Source: Callorhinchus milii
Taxonomy: Eukaryota
DNA: 64,000 nucleotides
Assembly (NCBI RefSeq): GCF_018977255.1
Contig: NW_024704743.1
Location: forward strand, 21,764,001-21,828,000
Direction of reading: 5' to 3'
Shown: positions 13,058-26,130 of the stretch, in pieces
Layout: each line of letters begins with the position of its first letter
Numbering within the stretch: the stretch's first letter is position 1
Notes under the pieces: generated by a model
What the model was told of the DNA's origin: nothing
The model's database searches: none
Seen by the model: the letters and a program-made list of their open reading frames with translations, nothing else
Translations under genes and position numbers: made by a program

Positions 13058-14222
13058 ACAACAACAACAACAACAACTTGGATTTATATAGCGCCCTCCA
13101 CGCCGGACGGCATCTCAGAGCGCTTCGCAGTTAATGGATCCCGGGGCCAAGCCAGGGGGAGGGGGAGGAAGGTGACCAAAGGCGTGGTCGAAAAGAAAGG
13201 GCTTCAGTAGAGACCTGAAAATAGGAAGAGAGGGAGCGAAGCGAAAGGACGGGAGTTCCAGAGCCTCGGGGCATAGTGGCTGAAGGCACGGCCACCAAAG
13301 GTGGAGCAGAGGATTCGGGGACGAGGAGGAGGCCAGACCCAGAGGAACAAAGGCAACGGGCACTGTTTTGTGGAGAGAGGAGGTCAGAGAGATAGGAGGG
13401 TGCAGAGGAGTGGAGGATTTGAAGACAAGGGTGAGGATCTTGAAGTCGATCCTCTCTGGGACAGGCAGACAGTGCAGTCTGGCAAGGACTGGGGTAAGTG
13501 GGGAGCGGAGTTTGGTGTGGGTGAGAATGCAGGCGGCAGAGTTTTGAATAATCTGGATTTTGTGGATGGTAGTGGAGGGGAGGCCGGCGAGGAGGGCATT
13601 AGAATAGTCCAGCTGAAAGGTGACAAAGGCATGGACCAGGGTTGCAGCAGCTTTCGGAGAGGTATTGGCGGAGATGGATGATGCATCGGAGGTGGAAGAA
13701 GGCAGTGCTGCTGAGGGACCGGATGTGGGGGAGGAAGGATAATTGGGGGTCGAACCTGACGCTTAGGTTGCGTATGGGTTCGAAGAGTTTTAGGGGGAAG
13801 CTGGTTAGGTGAAGGAGATGAGAAAAGTGAGATTTTAGACGTTGATGAGAGCCAAAGAGTATGGCTTCCGTCTTGTCAATGTTCAGCTGAAGGAAGTTTG
13901 CGCTCATCCAGCCCCTGAGGTCTGACAGGCAGGCTGACAGAACATCAGGGGACTGGGGGTCGCAAAGAGTGGTGGAAAAGTAGAGTTGGGTTTCATCTGC
14001 GTACATGTAGAAATGTTCCCAATGTCTGCGGATGACATCCCCAAGAGGGAGCATGTAGATCAGAAGGAGTAGGGGGCCAAGGATGGATTTTTGGGGTATT
14101 TTGTAGGTAACCGGGTGAGAGCGGGAGGAGAAGCTGTTTGTGCAGATGTACTGCTGGCGGTTTGTGAGGTAGGACTCGAACCAGGCGAGTGCGGTCCCAC
14201 TGAGGTGGATGACGGAGGAAGT
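13058..14222 (-). mobile_element. 5'-truncated L2 LINE, same subfamily as 2315-4488
   Basis: MLPLGDVIRRH..YADETQLY..NFLQLNIDKTEA; (CAA)n at 13058. Confidence 0.9.
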
Positions 14223-14264
14223 CTAGTCTAGATATAAAACACATCATATTTTTCGAGGTCAACC

Positions 14265-14395
14265 AGATTGACACGTGTGGAAACCCATCACCATGCTTAA
14301 GAGTATTTCAAACCAGACAGAGAGTCCCACATATCTATGCCACCTACACATGGAAATTTCCCTGTATCTGGAACAGCACCTGCACTCTCTCCATT
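14265..14395 (-). repeat. Family X repeat, reverse orientation
   Basis: ggaaacccatcaccatgcttaagagtatt is the reverse complement of the family X core. Confidence 0.7.
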
Positions 14396-15934
14396 TCTCA
14401 CAAAATGAACAAATTCATCTTTGCCTTGAAATAAAAACCATTATGCTCATGTTATTATTTTAAGAATTAATGTCTGGCATTAACCGCTTGCTAGCTCGGG
14501 TAATGCACTTTATATTTAGAGCTTGTTAATGGCAAGGCAACATCTAATTAGATATTTCGAAGATGGAGCTGATTCTCGGTCTATCATGGCTCCAATCAGA
14601 AATGCGAGCTGGTGCTAGGCAACATCTCCATCTCAATTAAGCAAAAATGCTTTACAAAGGTTTTTGCACACCCGTTGCTGACTAGGTCATGTTATCCTAA
14701 TTCAGAATCACTAATGCATTCCTGCTGCAAAACATACCACAGTATACCTGGGATCCATCACAACAGCAACAACAACAAATTACATTCATTTATGATAGAG
14801 TCTCACAGTACTGGACTGAGACCAAGGTAGTTAAATTTTCAGGTGACTAAGTCAGAAGGAACTTTCAAAGCAGACGAGACTGTCAATGTTTCTAAAAAGA
14901 AGAGACAAAATGGATGACTCTTTCAATGATCTTTTAATCCATATCTCTCTTGTGATCTTTTGATTATGTCGATATGCAATTTTTAGCACTCCAAACATTA
15001 TCCTATATCCGCTGTAAACGTGCATGTTGCTTTTGCTGTTTTACTCTTATGACATTTCCTCACTTATTTTTAAATTCAGAGAACATTAGCCTTTTCCAAT
15101 ACTCCAACTGTTCCAGAAGAATTAAGAAACTATTGTATAGGGGAAACAATGTCTGGATTTACTTCCATTTAGGTCGCATTTTAAAGTCCAGAATTTGGCA
15201 AATTTTTGAATTCATTTTAAACTTGAAGAATTTTCTGTAGCTCTTAAATGAACATATACAAAACTCACTTCAAAATCATTAATAATTATAATCTTTGGTT
15301 TAGAGTGTTTCATACTGGGAGGACATCTCAAAGTGCTTCACAGGATATACTGTAAAGTGGAGTGACTCTATATACTGAACGATCTAAAATGCTATATAAA
15401 TTACCCTAGCCCTAACTCAGGTACACTTTCTCATAGAGGGTACTGTTTCCACAAAAAGGCCCACTCACGATTATATTTAAAGCATTCCTTTGCTTTCTAT
15501 TTTAATGCAAGTTGAAGTTATTGAAAAATTAAGTATGTTTCCATTTGTGTGAATCTACAGACTGCAGTGAAATTTTTAAATTTACGACAGCTACATTGTT
15601 GGCCAGCATCTCAGGGAAAGTGATGTGACCTTTTATGTGATGTGCAGGCTCCTTTTATTCAAAAGCGATTTTTTTTAAAAAAAGGCACCACTTTAAAATC
15701 ACTCACAGGTTTCAGTAGAGTCACCTCAAATGACTGCAATTTTTCTGGTAGCACCTTAAGCACATGCTGATCTCAGCTAGTACTGTCGCTCTACGGTAGG
15801 GTGCTGCTATTACCAATTAATTGTCGCAATGAATTCCTGGAAGGCAAAAAGAATACAGCAGACACGTTTTGCACTAAAAATAGTGCTGAACTGTATGCAA
15901 GCTTTTTTCCTTTACACGAGTAGTATCCACCAAT

Positions 15935-16280
15935 TTAATAATCCTTGCATTTGATATAGCACTTTTCATGTTGGGAGGACTTCACAAAGCACTTCACAGG
16001 ACTTACTGCAAAGTGTAGTGACTGTGTTTTGCAGGCGAATGCACCAGCTAGCTAATTTGCGCAAAGCAATGTCTCACAAATAGCCAAGTGAATAACCAAT
16101 TTTACCTGAGGGGTTGTTGGTCAGGACACTGGGAGAAACTCCCTTCTCTTTACGAATAGTGCCATAGGATCTTTTAAGTTCTAGTTGAATAGGTAGAGGG
16201 GACAATGTCTTATCCGAAGTATGGCAACTCAAACAATTCAGCACTCCTCCATCACTTACTGGAATCCTGACAAAAGACTG
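15935..16280 (-). mobile_element. Deu-domain SINE
   Basis: aataatccttgcatttgatatagc...ggacactgggagaaactccc...atagtgccataggatctt. Confidence 0.7.
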
Positions 16281-16944
16281 ACTCAATTCCGATATTCAAT
16301 TGATACGCACATCATCTTGGAGCCAGTTCAGCCCCGAGAGGACTCTGCCTTTCCCCCAAGGCGGATATTAAGAGTTGTTTTTTTATATAGCTGAGAGATT
16401 ATTCATCAAACTAAAACCTAGTATAGATCAGGATGACACCAAATGCAACTTAATAATGTTATTGCAACTGTGATAATTACTGGTACAAATGCAAAACACT
16501 GCAACAGTAAGTAATTTAATTATAGCACAGACTGCTATTGCTTCCTTACGAGATTAGATGGTTTGAAATGTAATAGCAATATTGCTCAGTTGAAGGCTCC
16601 GAGATGCTACCTGCGTGAAGGGGACTACATAAATGCAAGTTGTTGTCGGCACACAATTTCACAGAAGGTTGTGAATTCAAGCCCTGCATCAGGACTTTGA
16701 GCTCATGGTCTAGGCTTATATGGCAGTGTAATACTGGGGATGCATCGCATTATTGAAAGTGTCAATCTTCAGATGAGAAATTAAACTGACATCCCGTCTG
16801 CCGGTTCAGGAGGGTGTTAAAGATCCTATGACGCTACTCAAAAAGACAATCTTCCGATAAAACTAATTATTCGCTTCATAGGTGCTCGTGGGACCTTGCA
16901 GTGTACAAATTGACTGCTCCACTGCACTGGGGTTCCATGTGAAG

Positions 16945-17625
16945 GTGTCAGCATGGCTCATTTGATAACACTCTCACCTCTATGTCAGATATTTGTGAGT
17001 TCAACAACAACGACAACAACTTTGATTTATATAGCGCCCTCCACGTCGGACGGTGTCTCAGAACGCTTTACAGTAACGGATCCCAGGGCCGAGCCAGGGG
17101 GAGGGGGAGGAAGGGGGAGGAAGGTGACCAAAGACGTGATCGAAAAGAAAGGTCTTCAGCAGAGACATGAAAATAGGAAGAGAGGAAGCGAGGCGAAGGG
17201 AGTGAGGAAGGGAGTTCCAGCGCCTCGGGGCATAGTGGCTGAAGGTATAGCTGCCGAGGGCGGAGCGGAGGACTCGGGGGATGAGGAGGAGGCCAGACCC
17301 GGTGGAGAGAAGGCAATGGGCACTGTGGTGAGGAGAGAGGAGGTCAGAGAGGTAGGGGGGTGCAGAGGAGTGGAGGGACTTGAATATAAGAGTGAGGATC
17401 TTGCAGTCGATCCTCTCTGGGATAGGCAGCCAGTGCAGTCTGGCAAGGACTGGGGTGATCGGGGAGCGGAGTTTGGTGTGGATCCATGTCAGGATCTTGA
17501 GCTCATATAGTCAAGGTGGACCCTCCAATGCAGCACTGGAGGTATACACATTGATGGAGATATTGTCCTTCCATTGAGACATTAAATCAAAATCCCATCT
17601 GTCTGTTCAGGTGGACGCTAAAGGT
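16945..17625 (+). mobile_element. DeuSINE 5' half split by an L2 insertion
   Basis: Head gtgtcagcatggctca...gagttcaa ends ~17003; the SINE resumes ccatgtcaggatcttgagctc at ~17484. Confidence 0.7.
17003..17483 (-). mobile_element. L2 3' fragment nested in a SINE
   Basis: Highly similar to 13058-13520; caacaac tail. Confidence 0.88.
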
Positions 17626-17649
17626 CAATATTTTAAATGGGATTACATT

Positions 17650-18090
17650 AAATAATGGTGCACAGAAATAGGGCATTTGGCCCAACTCTCCATTCCAGTG
17701 TTTATATTCCAAATAAGCCTCCACGCTGCCTATTCATTTCTCTCTCATGTATGCATTAAGCTTCCTCTTAAATACATTGATGTTTTTTGTTTGAACCCCA
17801 GCTTCTGACAGTGAGTTCTACATTCTCATCACCCTCTGTGTGAAGAAGAATCTCCTAAACTGCCTAATGGATCTATAACTGGCTATCTTACATTTATGCC
17901 CCTCATTTAGGACTCACCATTGATAAATTAACAATAGTTCTGGAAGAGCTAAGACAACAGAATAAGAGGGCTTGGGTTTAAGTTGCAAAGGGCAAATTTT
18001 ACAACGGAAGACAGGAATTATTTTCTTATGCCGATGCTAATAAACAACTGGAATGGTTATCAGGAAGGGTGGTTGTGGCCAGGACACTGG
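17650..18090. mobile_element. Two decayed CR1 3' fragments in opposite orientation
   Basis: Minus piece (gagttctacattctcatcaccctctgtgtgaagaa) and plus piece (agacaacagaataagaggg...aactggaatgg). Confidence 0.5.
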
Positions 18091-18881
18091 AGTATTATTA
18101 TTATTATTTATTTTTATTTTGTAAAAATGTGATACTGTAATGAGACCTCATTACATTACAATGAGCCCTCTAACCCGCTCCAGCTTTCTACTCCTCACCC
18201 CCTCAGCTCCGATCTCCAGCAAAGGTGTCAAACCAATACTGCCGTGAGCTTTGGAACGTCTTCCCAATGTGAAAGATGCTATTAAATGTAAATCTGTATT
18301 GTATTTCGACTAGGATTAAAAGTATCAAGAGCAGCCACATTCTAATGAAATAGTAGTGTGGGCTTGATTGTCATATGGCTTACTCCTGTTCTTACTTTCC
18401 TATGTTCCTATTTCTGTGTTAGTTTCATTTTAAAGGATATCAACAGCAATTCTGCCTGCTTTGTTCAGAAGCAAATGCTAATTATGTGGTAATGCTAGCG
18501 GGGCGCTGTTGCCAGCTCCCCAGCTCCTTGAAATCTCTTCAATCCTGAGGAACAAAGGCATGTTACTGAACAAGAACAATACAATGACGGTTGACTCTGG
18601 GAGGGTGAAGCAGTATTGTAGCAGTGACAGAACACTTGTTCTCGGCCTATCGTCCTTTATCTGCTTCAAGTAACAGAGAAAGCAGTAGGAGCACTCTGAG
18701 ACACTATCCTACATGAAGGGCGCTATATATAAACGCAAGCTGTTGTTGTTGAATTCTCAAATGTGCGTATTTTGCTTCCCCCATCCACAAAGGTGTTTCA
18801 AAGCTATTGACTGCATCAATCTACCAGCCCTCGATGGTACGTGAAGACTTGCTGATTCATACCAGTAACTAGCTAAACTGC

Positions 18882-21163
18882 AACAACAACAACAACAACA
18901 AGATTCCATTTATAGAGCGCCTTTCACGTCAGGAGGACGTCCCAAGGCGCTGCACAGTTGGGTCATGACCCGAGCAGGGGGGAAATGGTCAGGGTGAGGG
19001 GAGGGAAGGGAGGGAGAGAGGAGGGGGGAAATGGTCAGGGTGAGGGGAGGGAAGGGAGGGAGCGAGGAGGAGGAAGAGAGTCGAGAGGGGAGCTGAAGGC
19101 ACGGTCAAAGAGAAAGGTTTTGAGACCGGCCTTGAAGGAGGAAAGGGAGGAAGCGGCGAAGGCACTGGGGGATGGAGTTCCAGAGCCTCGGGGCTGAGAG
19201 GCTGAAGGCCCGACCACCGATAGTAGGGCGGTTGGGGCGGGGGACGTGGAGCAGACCGGAGCCAGAGGAACGGAGGGTACGGGCAGGTAGGTAGGGGGAT
19301 AGTAGGTTGGAGAGGTAGGAGGGAGCAAGGCCGTGAATGGCCTTGTAGGTGAGGATGAGGATCTTGAAATCAATCCTCTGGGGGATGGGGAGCCAGTGGA
19401 GGCGAGCGAGGGTGGGTGTGATGTGGTCCCGAAGCCTGGTGCGGGACAGTACACGAGCTGCAGAGTTCTGAATGACCTGCAGCTTGTGGAGGGAGGTGGC
19501 GGGAAGGCCGGCGAGGAGAGAGTTCCCATAGTCCAGCCTTGAGGTGACAAAGGCGTGAACCAGGGTTTCAGCAGCGTGAGGGGTGAGGTAGTGCCGTAAT
19601 CTGGCGATATTCCGGAGGTGATGGAAGGCGGTGCCAGTTGTGGTGCGGATGTGAGGGAGAAAGGACAGCTCAGGGTCGAACAAAACGCCGAGGTTCCTGA
19701 CTGGCTTTGAGAGGTGGAGAGTGCAGCCTTGGATGCTGATGGTGTCAGCGCCTGAGGTGCGGAGGCGCTGACGTGAGCCAATCAGGAGGGCCTCGGTTTT
19801 TCGCACGTTGAGCTGAAGAAAGTTGTCTCTCGTCCAGGACTCGATGTCGGACAGGCAGGCTGTCAGGACATCGGTGGTCGTGGAGTTGAGAGTAGAGGAG
19901 GAAAGGTAGAGTTGGGTGTCATCCGCATACATGTGGAAGTTAACCCCATGTTTGCGGATGATGTCACCGAGGGGGAGCATATAGAGGGTGAAGAGGAGGG
20001 GACCGAGGACAGAGCCCTGAGGGACACCACATGAGACAGTACGGGGGGTGGAGGAGAAGCCATTCGTTGAGACGAAGTGAAGACGGTGGGAAAGGTAAGA
20101 GCTAAACCATTCAAGGACAGTGCCTTGAAGGTTGAGGTGGGAGGACAAGCGGTGGAGTAGGATAGCGTGGTCGACCGTATCGAATGCTGCCGATAGGTCG
20201 AGGAGGACGAGGAGACAGAGGGAGCCCTGGTCACAGATAGTCAGGATATCATTGGTGACCTTGACCAGGGCAGTTTCTGTGCTATGAGCAGCACGGAAAC
20301 CTGACTGAAGGGGTTCAAAAAGAGAATGGGTGGAGAGGAAAGAGCGCAGTTGGGAGGCGACAACTCTTTCCAAGACCTTGGAGAGAAAGGGGAGGTTGGA
20401 GATGGGCCGGTAGCTTGATAGCTGCGACGCATCAAGGGAGGGTTTTTTCAGGGTGGGCGTGATGATGGCAGTTTTTAATGGAATGGGGACAGAGCCAGAG
20501 GAGAGGGACAGGTTTATGATGTCAGTGATGTGTGGGGCAAGAAAATGGAGCTGGGAGATAAGGAGTGGAGTGGGGATGGGGTCAAGGGAGCAGGTGGTTG
20601 GTTTTAGGGATAGGATGAGTTCAGTGACAGAGGGTGGGGAAACGGGTACGAAGGTGTGTAGGGGAGGATGGGTAGGAGTCGGAGTGTGGGAGGGAAGGGG
20701 TGGGTGGTGGGTGGAAGTTGGAGGGGAAGTGACCGCGGAGCGGATTCCCTTGATCTTGGATTCAAGGAAATCCAGCATCTCCTCGCAGTGAAGGTTGGAG
20801 GAGATGACCTGCGCGGGGTGGCGGGGGGGACGGAGGAGTCGGGATGTGGTGGAAAACAGTAGCCTGGGGTTGTTCTTCGCCTCCAGGATTATCCTGGAGT
20901 AGAAGGACGACTTGGCCGAGGCTAGAGTGGAGCGGTAAATTTTGAGGAGGTCCAGCCAGATTTGTCGGTGGACCGTTAAGCCGGATTTGACAAAGGTGCG
21001 CTCAGCAGCCCGCACCTGGCATTTCAGTGAGCGGAGGTGGGTGGTGTACCAGGGGGAGGAGCGGGAGTAGGAGACAGTGCGGGAAGTGATGGGGGCAAGA
21101 GTATCGAGTGTGGAGGAGAGGATATTGTGGAGGAGGGAGAGAGGAGAAGAGGGGTCGGTGAGA
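18882..21163 (-). mobile_element. Young 5'-truncated L2 LINE with an uninterrupted RT-containing reading frame
   Basis: 689-aa ORF 19105-21174 (start codon probably in flanking DNA): [50 protein letters not shown]; 3' UTR and (TTG)n tail. No endonuclease domain. Confidence 0.96.
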
Positions 21164-21284
21164 ATGCACTTCATTCATAGGGACCATAGACCTTGTTCAA
21201 TGTACAATTTATTAGATCACCTTTTTTTTGCATCCCTCAATTCACTTCCTTCCCAGTTATCTATCTCCCTTATAAACATATGTG

Positions 21285-21428
21285 TCACTCCGGGGAGAGA
21301 CTGCCCATTCTATTCCAAGTGGGAATTTCCATGTGTAGGTGGCATGCAAGTTTCTCTCAGTTTGATTTGGATACTCTTAAGCATGGTGACGGGTTTCTGC
21401 ATGTTTCAGACACACAGCCTACCAAAGC
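21285..21428 (+). repeat. Family X repeat, 3' part
   Basis: gaatttccatgtgtagg...ggatactcttaagcatggtgacgggtttc. Confidence 0.7.
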
Positions 21429-23764
21429 AAAACTCTTGTAGACATCACAATCGATTCTGCATCTACAGACTTCCTGGACTATGCATTTTACATTCGCACA
21501 ACTCTTTGTGTCCATAAATGTTTTCAGAATAATAATCAATAAATGACTGCACACTACATAAAAAAGTATTGTTTAGTGAATGGAATGGTAACACTATATA
21601 ACACATGCAAACAAATTTCATGTGAAGATTGTTGCCAATTGGCGAAGGACTCGCTAGATGGAAAATTGGGACATTTCCTGAGCGCCCCCATAATTGGCTC
21701 CCGATCTCCCCCCCTATTGATGCCCCTATTGTACATAACAATCCTGAGCCATTTCGGGAGCTAGTTTGCGGTCAATGCCAATTTCTGCCCATCCTTTGGT
21801 AGCCTTACTAAAGCTATCTAAGGACATCTCTCCTCTGCTTTTCTCTCTCCCTGAAAGCAGGGCCAAAACCAGGAGCTGCAGCATAGATACGTGTATAAGT
21901 ACTGTGGAGCTTCTTAAGGGCTTATTACATTCAAAATAGTAGTATGGCTGTGCATCATTTACAAATTCATTTTGTGGCTAAATGGAATGGTAATGCTGGA
22001 TAAGCTGTGCAAAAATTCATTACTAGCTGGCTGGAACAATGTTAAAATGATTTTGTGTGGAATGTGTGCGAGCAGTATTATTGCACTGATCTTCCAATTG
22101 AGAAAAATGTTGATTTTCTTAGCGTGTTCATATTTTTTTCCCATTTTATGCTGACATTTAAATCTAATTATGTTTAACCGTCAAATAATGGATGCAAATT
22201 GCAAAAATCCACAACTCGCTACTATTCTACCAGGTTATAAAACTAATGAGATAATTATATCCACTGTGAACATTTTGTCACTGCGCACTAACTGGAGGTC
22301 AGTTATTCTATTAATTTGAAAAGGTCAGCGATTGAAATGGAATGAACCCTGGAGACCTTTAGAAAGACTTAACTATTTTTAATGTATTCCGTGTTGCATT
22401 GCATCTGCACCATATGACAAGTGGCAATTCTCATCTTACAGCAGAACTGCATATGCAATGATTGATTATGTTATTATCTTGCCTGTGTAACAACACACCA
22501 TGTTTAATGTGAGGGAGGGTGGTGACAAAGGGGAATAGTGTCAGCTGCGTGATCTCTTTTCTTTTTATTCATCTTCAAATAGAAAAATAACACTAAGTAG
22601 CAATCACCTGGGAGTAAGTTAAAAATCTAATTCAATCTCAGCATTAAATGCTGCGCCATTTCCAATGCTTGATTGAATTACTGTTTTCTAACTGATTTCC
22701 AGGTATCTACAGTTTTAATGTATTGCATTAATGAATAATACCTGTACTATCTACAGTTAATGGATGTCAAAACCAAAGTCCCATTTGTCTGTTCAGATGG
22801 ATGTTAAAGATGCCATGGTATTCCTTGAAAAGAGAAGGGAGGTTTCTCTGGTGCCCCAACAAACAAATTGGTCATTCAATTCACGACTGTTTGTGCGATA
22901 TTGCTGTGAACAAATTCCATACCATGTTTGCCTACAAAATTCACAATCAGTGCATATTACAGTAAATCCTGGGAAACATTTTGAGACGTCCACCTAATGT
23001 GAAAGGGGCTTGTCAAAGAGGATTGTTAGTAATACAAAGAAAGATATCTCTATAGCAACTTCTTAGCTTATTTAAAGACCAGAATGACAAGTATTCCATA
23101 CAAAGAGAAACATACCAAATGAGTTTTACTGAAATATTTTTGGAAACACGTACTGTTATACAACAGTAAGAGTTATATATATATTTATATATACGAATAG
23201 CTCTCAATCTACTGAGAACGACAGCATGAATATTTATCCAATCTGCTCAAGATCATATTTGGCAGTGCTGCACTATGTGGCTCAAACAGCTATTTTCTCA
23301 CTAATTGGATATAATTGTAAAAAATAGGAAGCAGGACAAACTTCAGCAGTTCCTTCAATAGTTTAAGCAATATGTCTATATATACCTCTCTCTATACATA
23401 TTATTCAATTGCATTTAAGGGGAGCGAACAGCTGCTCTGAATTACAATACACCAAGTGAAGAGAGCTCATTACAGTAGTCTGGTTCAGAGTTAATCTCAT
23501 TCAAAATTGCACCCTTTACAGCCCGGAATTCGATCGTGTATACTTTTGATCGTGGACGTCTGATGCAGATTTATTGCTCCCCCCCTCCCCCCCTCGCCAC
23601 ATGAAACTCTTAACTCGCTGAGGTTGCTGCAATTGGCGATGCACATTAAAGGTGAATGTACTTTTGTTAAAATCACTGCCAAAGTGTCTTTCCAGCTTCC
23701 TCAATGTCTAAATGGGCAAATGGAAAATTGCCATTTGGGCAAGATTCCAGAAGGCTCTTTGCAT

Positions 23765-24195
23765 AATATTAATCCTTACATTTGATATAATGTCTTTCAT
23801 GGTGAAAAGACGTCTCAAAGTACTTCACAGGATGTATTAGTAATGTATAGTAGCTATATTGTTATGGCAGCCAATTTGCACACAATAAACAACCATGGAG
23901 TAAATGAACCAATTTTATTCTTTTTTGTCTTCTTTGTCGTCCTTGTCCTGCCTCCCCTTCTCAACTTATCCTTAAAAGCCTCTCCCTCCCAAATGCCCCA
24001 GTTCTGATGAAGACCCGAAAGGACTCACTTTCCCTTCTCCATAGATGCTATGCTGCCTGACCTGCTGATTTTTCCCAGCTCTCTCTGTTTTTGTTTCAAT
24101 TTTATTATTTGGTGGATTGCTGGCTAGGACATCAGGAGAAACTCTTCTCTTTTTTAATACTGCCATGGACCTGCCATCCACCTTAACAGACCTAT
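23765..24195 (-). mobile_element. DeuSINE 3' half interrupted by a Penelope-type fragment
   Basis: Tail at 23770; the element resumes at 24097 with ggacatcaggagaaactc...tgccatgga. Confidence 0.65.
23920..24096 (+). mobile_element. Penelope-like terminal fragment with a decayed minimal hammerhead
   Basis: cagttctgatgaagacccgaaa...agatgctatgctgcctgacctgctga; flanked by the direct repeat caattttatt (23910-23919 and 24097-24106). Confidence 0.65.
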
Positions 24196-25074
24196 GGAAC
24201 CCTATCCAACCCTTGTAGAGTAGATGAGTTGTTTTAAATGTTTTAAAGAGATTCTTTTTACAAAGCCACTTAAAGAAGAACAAATGTGAGCCCAACACTT
24301 GAGTTTCTTCAAAGAATCTTGGGTTGAGTTTGCCACTGTCAATGGTACTATAGCAGTGGAGAGTGAGTATAACAGAAGTGGAGGCCCATCATCTGAAATT
24401 CAAGGGATGGTTGAGACCACGACAACTATTGAAAAAGCTGCTTGATGCTGTGATGGGGGGAGCGTAGGGGAAGATGTTCTGGAGGGAAGAGATTGGATGA
24501 GCCAAAGAGCCTTTTTCATTGAGACCAATCTTGTGAACGAAAACAATCTCCTGATCATGCAGTATTCGTGGATATGGTGCCACTAGCTCCCATATGCCCC
24601 AGAGAAGGGGTAGATTAATGAGGTAACTAATCATTTGATCAAGATAATCTGAATATGTTTCCCATGCAAATGGCAGGGGTTAAAAAGAGATGAAGTGGAA
24701 AAAGGCAAGATGGAAGCTTTGGGTGACTGTTACTGTTGGTGAGAGCAGCATATTAAAACGATGATTAAAACTGATTTAATGATGATTCAAACTGATAGGT
24801 ATTTCCCAGATTAGGGCTGATACAGCTTAACCCATTGTTTTGTATTAGTCAGTGCAGTACTTCAAAACAAGGACCTCAAAAGTGACTAGGAAGTCAAGGC
24901 AATAATTTGGTAAAAAGCCTCATGGGCATATGGAGCAAACTACAAGCACAGGTGATGCAACACGGAACTGAAATAATAGGTTTCCAAAATGGAAATAGAT
25001 AAATAAAGAAGTTGCATTTGTACAGCACTTTATCACATTGTTAAAATGTTGCTAAGTGCTTCACAGAAACCTCT

Positions 25075-25652
25075 TTCTGCAGCTCGTGTACTGTCCCGCA
25101 CCAGGCTTCGGGACCACATCATTCCCACCCTCGCTCGCCTCCACTGGCTCCCCATCCCCCAGAGGATTGATTTCAAGATCCTCATCCTCACCTACAAGGC
25201 CATTCACGGCCTTGCTCCCTCCTACCTCTCCAACCTACTATCCCCCTACCTACCTGCCCGTACCCTCCGTTCCTCCGGCTCCGGTCTGCTCCACGTCCCC
25301 CGCCCCAATCGCCCTACCATTGGTGGTCGGGCCTTCAGCCTCTCAGCCCCGAGGCTCTGGAACTCTATCCCCCAGTGCCTTCGCCGCCTCCTCCCTTTCC
25401 TCCTTCAAGGCCGGTCTCAAAACCTTTCTCTTTGACCGAGCCTTCAGCTCCCCTCTCGACTCTCTTCCCCCTTCTCGCTCCCTCCCATCCCTCCCCTCAC
25501 CCTGACCATTTCCCCCCTCCTCGCTCCCTCCCCTCCCCTCACCCTGACCATTTCCCCCCTGCTCGGGTCATGACCCAACTGTGCAGCGCCTTGGGACGTC
25601 CTCCTGACGTGAAAGGTGCTTTATAAATGGAATCTTGTTGTTGTTGTTGTTC
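25075..25652 (+). mobile_element. Young L2 3' fragment
   Basis: Near-identical reverse complement of 18882-19465; (TTG)n tail. Confidence 0.95.
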
Positions 25653-25789
25653 AAGTGTAATGGCTGCTTTTATAAGCGGAGACAATAGCTACTTAAGTCA
25701 CAGTAAGGTGCCATAAACAACAATGAGATAAATAAAAAAAATCCAGAGGACTGTTGACCATGATATGATGAGAAATTATTTGATTCAGC

Positions 25790-26130
25790 GCCTTATCATG
25801 TCGTCGAGACATCTCAAAGCACTTCCTTCATATGGTGTAAGGTGGACTGACTCTGCATTTTGCGGGCGAAACGCCGCAGCCAGTTTGCACACAGAAATGT
25901 CGACAAACAGCCATGGAGTGAGAGACCAATTTTTTTATTTGGAGGGATTTGTTATTCAGGATACGGGGAGAATCTCCCTGAAAGGCACTGTGTCAACCCA
26001 ATTTGTTATTGTACCCCCAATTTGTCCCCAGCACTGCATTGGAGTCACCTATATGTTCCCAAGTCCCAGATGTGGGACAAACTTCTGACTCAAAGGCGAG
26101 AGTGCTATCATGGAGCCAGGCTGACACATA
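25790..26130 (-). mobile_element. DeuSINE, internally deleted
   Basis: Tail module near 25790; head ctgactcaaaggcgagagtgcta...gagccaggctgacac. Confidence 0.65.

Noticed and set aside
19035..19781. Pro/Ser-rich ORFs overlapping L2 copies (also 44070-44747, 25056-25505, 62438-62779)
   Set aside because: Alternative or antisense frames of C-rich L2 sequence, not genes.
19105..21174. RT ORF as a retron, group II intron, DGR or other prokaryotic system
   Set aside because: Motifs, 3' tail and context are those of a vertebrate L2 LINE; no operon, CRISPR array or prokaryotic context.
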